A stretch of 64,000 bases of DNA from Kudoa neothunni (lineage: Eukaryota > Animalia > Cnidaria): positions 11,185,608 through 11,249,607 of the forward strand of contig OZ199838.1 in NCBI GenBank assembly GCA_964304625.1. The letters are read 5' to 3'. Position numbers and translations under genes: made by a program. Every line of letters starts with the position of its first letter. The stretch's first letter is position 1. Below the pieces are notes generated by a model that was not told where the DNA came from, did not search any database, and was given only the letters and a program-made list of their open reading frames with translations. Positions 53,727-64,000 of this stretch are shown here, piece by piece.

Positions 53727-56470
53727 TATCACGTTTATGATTCGGTAATCCTCAAGGTGCGGTATGAGTGTTACTCACGGTAAACAAAAAATTAGCCTCG
53801 CCTCTAATCTCGATAATGTTATAGGATTAATTGGGCGGGTATCAAATGTGATTCTATGATTTTGTAGAATTCTTCAATATACTCTCCCTAAACATATTTA
53901 AATAGTGTTACATTGGATTATTGAAATTTATTGAGAAACTTAAGATATAACGACAATATTGAATTAATGATGAGTTATAAACGGCTGATTAAAATAATTC
54001 GGTATATCCATGAAATGATTTTGAATAAACAAACGAATCAGTAAAAGATATGTTGGCTAATTCAAACGAATATTGTTATACACATGGTTTTGTATTAATT
54101 TTAGTTTTTTATAGCGATTAAATTAGTCAGCGATCTCCAGTCATCTTTAAAACATGATTATATTACATATGAATATACAAATGGGAGAAGAAGCGATTTT
54201 CTTTCAATGGAGGCATTTTTGCGTTTCAAGCGCGCGTCGGGTATTAGACATCGAAACTCTTTAATACGGAAGTTCTTAAGGTTTTTTTTAATTTACCCCC
54301 TCGGCCTGACGAAAAATCCAAATGATCCCCCTTGACTTAAATACTAAATTCATATTTACTTAAGGATTGTGGACTTATTTAAGAATTATTAGGTTACATT
54401 TCTAAATGATAAATGAGGCTTAAAAGAAAGAGATTGATGATATTTTCGTAAATATTTATTTAATAATTACTCATAAAATCGTTTTAAACATTTATTCCAG
54501 CGTCCTAATTGAGTTTTATAGGCCTAAATAATAAACCTCTTAGAAATCGTTAAGTACGTAACAAACCACATTATACAAAAATTTCTCGTATTCAATTTAT
54601 TGTCAATTAATTTAGCCCCTATCATCTAAAATTTTCCACACGGAGGTAAATATATTCCTAGTCTAATACAATTATCTAATTATCCCCTAAATATGCTTTA
54701 TTTCTCTTTAATAAATTTTATTGGCGAAAAAATTGTAGATCTTTCTTATTGCCTAAATTCTGGAATTGTTTTCTTGGATAACTTAATAAGTAACTAATAA
54801 AAAATATAATGCATATTTTTTGTTATTTCGTATTAGCAATTATCGTATAATTTGGAAACTATTTAAAGCAGAATAACTGCTATTTAACGCTAAATAAATG
54901 GAAATGTCTGTTGAACTATGAGAATTCAATCCGTTGCGTGTAATTCTAATTCTAATTAATCATTTCTGACACATAAAGTGTGGCGTTAATGTGGCAATAA
55001 TTAATTATATCATGCCCTCAGTAAAAAAATTTGTATTTATCAAATAAATAGGAAATATGGAGATAACCAAAGCATAATGCACTCGCACGTGCAGAGTTAA
55101 TATTAAATCTGTAGAGAATATGCATGTTCTCCATTTAATGAAAAATGGAAGTAATGTAAAGCTCACGACGCTAAAATATTTGCAGTAGCATTAGGTTATT
55201 CTTAAACAATTTTTCACTAAAATAATACCATGTTTGATTAATCTATCCTTACATATTGGAATTCTATCAAAAAAGTATGGGTTCATTTTGTATTTAATCA
55301 TTATTTTGATGTTATGGCTTCACAATATAATGGAGAGATTAGACTGATTTAGCAGATTAAAGTCACAAGATTGTAACAACAAAATATTAGGCATGTGATT
55401 AAAAAAATTAGAAGTTCATTGTAAAAATTGCGTGCAAACGAGTTATCTCTCAACAGAACTGATTAAATAATTTTATTTGAATGCGCATATTATTTATTTT
55501 AAAAATGATTTAATTTAAGTCACATCATTGTTGGTGTCGTTTTATGAATAAACGAATTTTTATTTTGAAAAAATGAAATAATTTTAAATATTGTAGAAAT
55601 TTAGCAATTATGATAAATTCACATCAAAAACAAGATCAGCAGAACGATCCAATCAATCCTGAAACATTATTAAGGATATTAAAATAACAAACAAGTAACT
55701 TAGGCTGAAACTATTCTTGGCTGTCAAGAATTAAATCTTAAAATATTACTACTATTTATTTGTACGTTAATATTTATTTATATTTTTATTACTTAAATCC
55801 AACTATAAGATAGGAATATTATATTGAATATATTGCTTAAAAATTATCGATTATTAAATGAATGGACTCTAAGTTTTCATGAAATTCCATCTAATATCGA
55901 CACGAATTAGGTAATAATTTGTAGGTAATTAGTAGGTGTCATTTTTCACACAGTTTCATAATAGTTTCTATTTGTTTTGAGAAGAAAATATCAACGTAAT
56001 AAACTTTAATAAATGTAACTGTGCAGCGATTACTACAAAACATCGCACTAAAACTTATTGATATTATTTAGGAACAATATTAATTATTTAAGCTGCGATT
56101 GAGGGATTGTCCAAATGAAGTGTTATTTCTCTAAAATAAATCAAATAATAATATTTTTGCTAATATAATCGATACTTTTAATAATAAAATTCCCAATAAA
56201 GACTCATAGCACGAAAATTTATTGTTTTATTCCATTATTATGGTATATTTTAACGTTATTCAAAATTGTTTTAAATATTCATACAGTATTTTAAATTTGA
56301 AGATTCAAACAAATAACAACGAATATTTTAGCTATTCTTAAACCAGGGATTACGTCGAACTTAGGTATTTTGTAAAGCTTACGGTTAATCTAAAAAGGAA
56401 ATAACATAGGTGATCATCTTTGGCACAGCTAGTAATGTTTAATATTGCATTTTTATTTAACGTGTTTTAG

Positions 56471-57715
56471 TGATTATAAGATCGAATATTAAAAACGAAA
56501 CTGCAACGACACAAGTAGCAGATAGACAAGAAATTGACGAAATGCAATCCTATGTCAATGAAATGAATAAATTCGTACAAAGTATATGTAATAATGGTTA
56601 TAAAAACCAATCAAGAAAAGGAAAAGTGAAGTTTCAGATTAAAAATAAGAAATCAAGTAAATATTATTAATTTACTCATTTCCTGTTATACTATTTAATA
56701 ATTCAGCTACAATTTTGATGGGAGAAATAGATTATAATAACGTAACCATTATTTATTTCGGTATTAGTCAAATATAAAATTAGGCGGTTATTTCAACTTT
56801 TTTGTCAATCTAAATCAATGGAAACACAATCTAACTAAATTTTAAAGAAACTTGGTCTATCTTAAGCGTTAACATTAAACATTGCAGATTTGCTATAAAT
56901 TTACTATATGAAACAGTCAGATAATTTTTAACGTATATCAAACTATTAGATCAAAAAATGATTTTAAAATTAAATTAATTCTAAATCTACCTATGTCAAC
57001 GATAATGTTATTGAACATTTAATTAGAGAGCATGGCTACCAATACGTAATACCAGTCTAAAATGGGTATAGAAATTAAATTATCATAATAATTTAAATAT
57101 ATTGATTGGTATATACGATGTTTCTCATTTATTATTATAGAGAAAAATAAATCAAATACTACTGACTCAATCATTGCGACATGGTAGATATTTATACGTG
57201 TTGACTATTATTTTCATTGGATTATTTGCAGGCAGGGAGTTATCATAACAGATGTGAAACGAGATTTGAATCAACAAAATGTGCGCGTTCCAGCACCAGA
57301 AATTACAGAACCGGTTGACCATAAGAGTGGAAATTTGAAAGATATAGAATATAACGCAGAAAAAGATTATATGTGGGATAATATGAAAGATAAGACCTAT
57401 TTTGAATTTATCGATGTGCTCGAAAATTATATGGTATTAATAGACGAGAAAGTTTGACCAAAACTAATGTTACAATTAAACGCATACAGTCTAACTATTT
57501 ATGTTAACTTAACTAGAGTGTTTTATTAGCTGGGGAACAGTCGCAAACTGAACATAACGAACTATTTTAAAAACTGACTAAATGGAGAATTCATAGTTGA
57601 ACCTCATTCAACGGCAGACAAACATTTTCTTACTTGAGGCATAACCTTCAAAAAACAGTTAGAAGATGATGGCAATAATTTTAAACCAGTGCATAGGAAT
57701 TGCAGTATTTCTGTA
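56471..57715 (+). pseudogene. Possible exons of an unidentified lineage-specific gene or pseudogene
   Basis: AG/GT-bounded coding-like blocks (e.g. 57232-57432 QGVIITDVKRDL..FIDVLENYM). The next block, from 57530, has two in-frame TGA. No recognisable family. Confidence 0.3.
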
Positions 57716-58368
57716 AATAAGTATCACAGAAAATGTGTGTATTAACTAATTTTTAATATCTACGAATATTTTTCATTCATATGAAAAATTTTAGCCGTGC
57801 AAATTCTCATTTGAACTTAAATTGTAAACGATTAAATTTTAAAAGAATTAAATCCAGAAATTTACATAAATCAATTTATACAAATCGGGTAACTGCAATT
57901 TTTTTACAAAGTTACTAGTTGAAGCTATGAAGTTAAAAAAATAAAATAAAATGGAGTGTCTTTATGGCTTTATAGTAGATTCACAATCCATCTTTTCAAT
58001 TAACTCGTCAGTTATTATTTTCCACTCTTCAGTACACTAATTTTAGACCAATTTTTTGCTTCTTTTGACTTTCACTCTCAATGTTTCAGTTATTTGGAGG
58101 ATCAAAAATAACCGCTATTGGCCAATAAATAGCGCTAACTGCATAAAAAAATTAATTAAATACTAATATTACTTCAAACATTAATTCATTTTGTTTATAG
58201 GCAAAACCCAGACAACGTTTATTAGGGTGTGCAGTTTTGGATGGGAGGGCAGCATCCATGAATGGTGCATGCATAACAGCGAGTCAAATACAATCCTTCA
58301 TCTTTTTCTATTGGTAATAACGTTGGAATTAATCGCACTAAACAATCTCATTGTGGCTCAACCAGGGT

Positions 58369-58720
58369 CGAGGAAAGATAGCCCAGTGGTGTTATGATTG
58401 GACTCAATACCCGGAGGTACTGGTTCGATCCCCTATTTGGAGCTTTTGTTAGAATGCAATAGAACTATAAGTGTAATTTCAGCTGCAGTTACGGTTCGAT
58501 CAAGCAGAGGAGGTTGAATTAGACGTGTGAATCGTCATTGATGCATTAACGGGCTTGAAATCTTTGTAGAGCCAAAGTCCTTATGGATAAAGTTTGGGTT
58601 GGGGTTGCCTCGAAACGAGGATGTTTAGTGGGTTAAACTCCTACATTACTGTAGAAAGAAAGATAGTGTCTTTTTCCATTACACCGGTGCATGTGCGGGG
58701 GATTATAGGATTATGTTTAT
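58369..58720 (+). mobile_element. tRNA-derived SINE-like element
   Basis: A box TAGCCCAGTGG (58379) and B box GGTTCGATCCC (58422), then a GC-richer body. Shares AGTGGTGTTA with the head at 26913. Confidence 0.55.
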
Positions 58721-58879
58721 TTCGCATTTTTCTACAGGTTATAACGCTTTTACAATCAAAATAGCCTTTAAAAATGATAAAATATATCTTGTAGTATTAG
58801 GATGACTAATCAGAATTTTATTTAGAAAATTTCAAATACTTTTTTGGGATTCCAGGTCTACCTTTTGATGTAACCTCTT

Positions 58880-61300
58880 TCATTTGTAATGTCATTATTT
58901 TATTTTGCGCATTTTTTTTCACTAACTCTCTTAGTGACAATTTTTTCGAAATTTTGTAATGAGTTGGATATCCCATTGTAAACTACAAATGCATTTACAA
59001 GTGAGATATCAATCATGTTATAAAACACAACTAACGGCCATCTTCCGGTGAAACGTCTCACTGAGACCGATGCTAACATATGATCTACAGTGTCAACACC
59101 TCGTTTAGCAGCATTATACTGTAGGATAACATCTGGCTTATGGTGAAACATTCAGGAGAGTTTTGTGTTATGGTTGAATATACACAATAGGAGGAAATTC
59201 TTATTTTTTGAGTAAACGATGCCAACATTTTCTTTTTGTTTAAAAAAAATTTTTATTCATTCATCGGGGTTCTTCTACCGGGTTTTTCATTCATTTTCAG
59301 GTATTGTGATGATCAATTTCGGATTTTGGCGCAATAAAGTAACACGTATAAATGTAATTCAATAAGTACTATTCAAAATAGGTTTATAACTTTTTCATAA
59401 TATTAATCACGAGAAATATCATCCATTAAATGGCATTTCGCCAAAAACACTTCGGAATGATGACAAAAACTTTTGATTTCATCCTCCGAAACAGACTCTG
59501 CCGCAGCCTTCATTCTTGAAATCAAATCATCCGTTCCGCGCAAAGCGCCGTCTTTTCTAACCTTAGATTTAATAAGCGAGAAGACTTCCTCACATGGGTT
59601 AAGGAACGGCGAATATCTAGGTAAGTAATGTATTTCTCCCTCAGATTTGTCATAAAATTCTGTGTTTGCGTGATGGAATCTTACGTTATCCGTGACAATG
59701 ACGAAATTATCCTCCATAATATTTTCAATTTCCCAAAGGAAGTCTTGGAATATGTCTGTGTTGACAGATGAAAATACAGCCTCGCAATGTACCAGGTCAG
59801 TTCCACAAATCGCCAATATCATCGTAACGTTTGGGCCACGACTATTTGGTAATGTCACATTAGGAGTTGTTCCACTTGGTGACTTTCCGTGGGCCCTCAG
59901 CATATGGAGATTGAAAGGACTTTCGTCCACAAATACAAGTTTTGTGTATCTTGTGTTGATGTCTAACTGCGTATACCATTGGGCGTACACATTCCTCTCC
60001 CTCTTTACATCGGGGGAATTCCTACTCGAGGGAACTGGCCGGGTTGGTTTAAGTGTTATATTCATGTCTTTAAGCCACCTCCAGACAGTAGTGGGGCAGA
60101 CATTTAACTGTAACTTTTCAATCATTGATACGATTGTAATAGTACAGTTGTCTTGAATTAATCGAATAAGAATCATTTTTTATTTGATCGTTAAAAACAA
60201 CCCTTCTAACACTCCCTCGAGGAGATTTTTTATCCGATAAGGTGATGTAATATTTTTTGACAATACTGTTTACAGTCGATGGGCGAATATACAAAAATTC
60301 CGCCACTTCTGCCTGGGTTTTCCCCTTTTTAACAACTTGTTCGATAATTTTTTTTCTATTTTTTTCAGAAGTAACATTGTATTTGACCATTTTTTATCGC
60401 TAGAAAAGGTTGCGCGAAAATCCGAAATTGATTATCATAATATACGAAATTGATCGCAACAAAATCCGAATATGGATGAAAACTCCGGTATTAGGGAGGA
60501 GGAATGGTGGTATGTCTCGTTTGTCCTTACAAATTGTACCAATTATGGTGATCCTTCTTTTGATTAATTCATCAGCCAAAGGAATCGATGTAAAATTATT
60601 ATCGCAACCCAAATTACATCCTGAAGCAATTAGATTTTCAGTAAATTTGAGAGAAATATTCTTACTAACATCATGAACTTTGGCATCAGTCGAACATTTT
60701 TTACCAATGTATGCATTCGTATTTAATACATTGGAAGTCTACGGATCTATTATTAAAAAAAATTTTAACCCGTATTTCGCAGGTTTATTCTTTATGTATT
60801 GCGTGAACGAGTGGTTACCCCTAAAGGATACCAACTATTCCTCAAGACACACATCAAACCCAGGATTATAACTTTTGCTCCCAATATTGACTCAGATATC
60901 CCAGATCTCTCTAATGGGGAAAAATTTATACAGTAATTTTCTCTGCTCTCTTGTATTTGCATCGTCAAGATGGATCGCTCTGGTTAATTGTCTAAATCAT
61001 TGTATATTTGTCTGCCTTCAGTAGAACTAAACAAATCAACTAATGGTTCTTGACGATCTTTATGGATAGCCATATACAAGATATAGCCAATAAAACCATG
61101 TGTCTCATTGCTATCAACGTTTTCCCCATTTATTCCCATATTGGTTGGTAAATTCAATGATTTTGTTCATTATTTCCAAGGGGATAAATGGTGAAAACAT
61201 CCAGCGATACTAGAAATTCTTTGAGTGGCGTATGGAGTCACGCGTTGTTTTTAATTTACTATGTTTTTCGCTGCATCTTTTGTTTTTCTTGTTTTCACGA
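58880..61300 (-). mobile_element. Degraded piggyBac transposase remnant, interrupted by a Tc1/IS630-like element
   Basis: KPDVILQYNAAKRGVDTVDHM..RWPLVVFYNMIDISLVNA (58900-59151), CDNNFTSIPLA..IGTICKDKR and QYIKNKPAKYGLK (60480-60850). Termini not found. Confidence 0.8.
59304..60440 (-). mobile_element. Compact Tc1/IS630-like transposon (1137 bp), near-intact transposase with one frameshift
   Basis: 31-bp TIRs TT(G/A)TGAT(G/A)ATCAATTTCGGATTTT(G/C)GCGCAA flanked by TA. HTH ORF 60118-60390 and DDE_3 ORF 59403-60176 (VFVDES, VTDNVRFH, LPRYSPFLNPCEE). Confidence 0.92.
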
Positions 61301-61489
61301 CGCTCCACACATTACGGTTGTACCCCGACATTGCGTGACTCGATACCGCGTAATTTAATTTTTTTAGCATTATATGCTTTAATTCACTACATAAAACAAA
61401 AGAATCATATTCAGTATTCTTAAATGGGTAATTATACGAAAAAACAAAATTTTGAACAAGCGGATACAAAACAAATTAGGAAAACCCTT

Positions 61490-63190
61490 GTCTCGCTATT
61501 GCGTAACTCATTTTTTGACTTTATTCATTTAATCTGATGGATGCACTATAAAAAGCATTTCAAGTTATCAAATAACTAATGAAGATATAATAAAAATAAT
61601 TGATTTCTATAATTTTTGAATTCTATATCGGGTGCTAATGGTATTACTGTAAAACGTTTCAGTTTACCAATTAATATAAACGTCAATATTGCTCGATAAT
61701 TTAAAATAGGTTACTTAAATCTTTATAGAAGTTTTTCTAAACAAGACAAACCATAGATTTAAAGACTTCAAATTCTTGAAAAATATTTAAACCTCCGAAA
61801 ATATAAAGATATAAAAATAATATTTACAATTGGGTAGTTTCAATGCGAAAAAAATATTATCTAATTTTTTAATGATCGAATAATCTTGTATTATTGTCAA
61901 AGATATTCGAATAAAAGATTTTAACGGAAGTGAGGGTTAGTTTAATAATTGCAGAAGGCTTACGGTCTGAAAAACTCAAATTTCACGGGGAAAAAGAACG
62001 CTGATTTATATATATTTATCTATGGATGAGAAATTTTCCCGAGATCTTGTCAAGATACAATCCGGAATACATATTAAATTTGTATGGGACGGCTCATTTT
62101 TATGAACAGCTGATACAGCGTACGTCCACTATTAAAAATTAGCACAATGTAAGGATGTAAAACAATTCCAAAGCGTGCTACGACTTTTATCACTTCTGCA
62201 ATGACCGAAGAAAAATTTTAATTACACATAATAACAAAATTTTAGGAAAAATCGCTGTTTTGGGAACTAAAGAGTTTTCAGTTTAGTGCCATTCGCACAC
62301 GAATGTGTGATTATCTTCATCTATGTTTTATCAGATCCTCAAAGATATGAACCAGAGATTCATTAAAGAAAACAGGAAAGTTTTTTTTATTATAAAAGTG
62401 CTCATATTGTCCTTAATCGGTCGATGATTTCAAAAACATCCAGCTCCTACTTCTGTCAAAAACACTGCGTGTGTGGTGCAGCCAATTTATCTGGGGATAA
62501 TTCACCGCTTAAAAGCCAACTAGAGAAAAATATTATGCATAAATGTGCTATTCGGAGAGATGAACCCAAAAATATTTAAATATGCCGCATTTGATTACTT
62601 AAATACGTTAAAATCGGTTCGGGAATGGTTACGATTAAAAAATTAATAATTGAGTTAATAATCCGCCCATTTTCAAACAAAAATAATTTATTTTTTCTTC
62701 ATTTTTATTGAAAGATTAGCAAGATAAAACTTTAAACTAATTTGATGATGAAATAACATTATAAAGTAATTAATCGAAAAATTTTAATATTCGTTTGTGT
62801 AGATAATAATGATATTATTTTGTTAGAGGAAAATGAAATTTTTCATTTAAATTAAGATGATCAAAGTAAACTTACTTTTTGGAGCGAAGATACTGATCTC
62901 ATACACAACGATGAAATCGTTACAACGTTTCAGGTATAAAATCTTATAAATACGCGAAAAAACGTATGTCGTTGAGAATCCTATTGAATTATTTTCTGTA
63001 CATCAAGTTAAGGATGCCTTGCGCTAATTTATAAATAAATTAATGAAAAGTTATAAAGTAGATGAATTATTTTGTAAGGAATGTTCAATTAACAGCTTGT
63101 TGCGCACGCACTTCTAGATTTGCCTAATGTTTGTCTATTGCGTGATTTTTCCACTGCCCAACAATATTATGCAATATCGAGACACGACTG
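61490..63190 (+). mobile_element. Highly degraded pogo/Tigger relative
   Basis: Remnants IIKIIDFYN and EILSRYNPEYILNL..FYEQL. Right TIR GCAATATCGAGACACGACTG|TA is related to the 9248 family. Confidence 0.55.
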
Positions 63191-63327
63191 TATTATTTTT
63201 ATCAGCAAGGTAATCAGCATATTCGCTAATCATGGATTTATCTTCAACGTCTGTACTATCAGACTCCCCTTATATACCAAATCCAATGCATCGAGATCAG
63301 ATTCATGGATACTATATACCTATATAC

Positions 63328-63933
63328 CAAAGGTCGGCAACGACCGACCCCCGCAAGGGATGTCATTGATAAAGTTAATTTTTTTGACGGTGCTTATATA
63401 ATTTCCCCAGCTTTTAATGTCGATCTCTTCAGCATATAAATAAGCTTAATAGCAATGTGAACTATGTTACTTAAGTATTATTCCCTTTTTTTAAACATAA
63501 AAATGCTTAAAAAAATAAAGATTAAAATTTTTCCCCGAGCAAATTTCTTACCTATTTTTACTGATTGTACGATATTAGTTTTATTGTAGCTAATGGAAAC
63601 GTTTAATTATTGCTCTTTACGATTTAGAACCATAATTTGAATATATAAACGTTTAAATTCAACACCAAAAATATCAGGTAAATTATGAAATAAAAAATTG
63701 TATAAAACCAGTAATTCCCTCATAAAAATATCGAACATTCACTTTCGTTATGTTTCTTTTTCTCGTTAAAATAAAAATATATTTTTTTAAATGTCCAAAT
63801 ACAAATTTACTAATCCAATTTTCAATTGTATTGTGAAAAATTTATTACATCTACTGGATATAAATATTCTGGCCTGCCTCTTAGTTTGGCATGATTATCC
63901 GGCCCGTCAACCTAGTAGGGTTGCCGCCCCCTG
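63328..63933. mobile_element. hAT MITE (606 bp)
   Basis: TIRs CAAAGGTCGGCAAC / GTTGCCGCCCCCTG; perfect 8-bp TSD CTATATAC; same TIR family as 36938. Confidence 0.88.
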
Positions 63934-64000
63934 CTATATACTATCATCGCTACTTGCTAAAAAATATTCTGGCGCCACTAAAACACGTTTCACGCATGCG

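Noticed and set aside
40495-57715. TGA reassigned to an amino acid (in-frame TGAs at ~48713, ~57575, ~57635)
   Set aside because: Arfaptin ends at TGA at its expected C-terminus, conserved Trp residues in intact genes use TGG, and in-frame TGAs not explained by frameshifts occur only in decayed sequence.
58369-58445. Functional tRNA gene (also at ~26905)
   Set aside because: A and B boxes are present, but acceptor and anticodon stems do not pair properly; treated as SINE-like heads.
1-64000. Prokaryotic origin, CRISPR array or defence island
   Set aside because: Genes have spliceosomal introns and eukaryotic identities. No regularly spaced repeat-spacer array was seen. The IS1595- and IS630-like transposases are explained by eukaryotic Merlin and Tc1-like elements.

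Overview
AT-rich eukaryotic (animal-like) nuclear DNA with very short GT-AG introns (mostly ~25-70 nt) and strongly diverged housekeeping proteins. This fits a compact parasitic metazoan such as a myxozoan, but the taxon is my inference only. Seven conserved intron-containing genes can be read: MAF1, CLEC16A, arfaptin, MCTS1, an SLC25A20-like carrier, a divergent MRPL21 and CWC25. There is also an apparently intact 10-exon, ~862-aa type I membrane protein made of tandem 4-Cys FnIII-like modules, encoded on symmetric phase-1 exons, which I cannot assign to a named family. Most remaining recognisable sequence is decayed DNA transposons: Merlin, Helitron, hAT (three transposase types plus MITEs), pogo/Tigger, Tc1/IS630-like, piggyBac, a Ginger-like integrase element and a MULE-like fragment, several nested, plus two tRNA-derived SINE-like heads. 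Main leads: (1) the Cys-FnIII surface protein; (2) a cluster of exclusively +1 single-base duplications breaking four consecutive housekeeping genes at 41-47 kb, probably assembly error but testable; (3) a TGCGCA-type (NRF1-like) motif just upstream of nearly every housekeeping ATG; (4) a TIR-bounded KRBA2/SCAND3-type integrase element. All family calls come from motif recognition by eye, not database searches.
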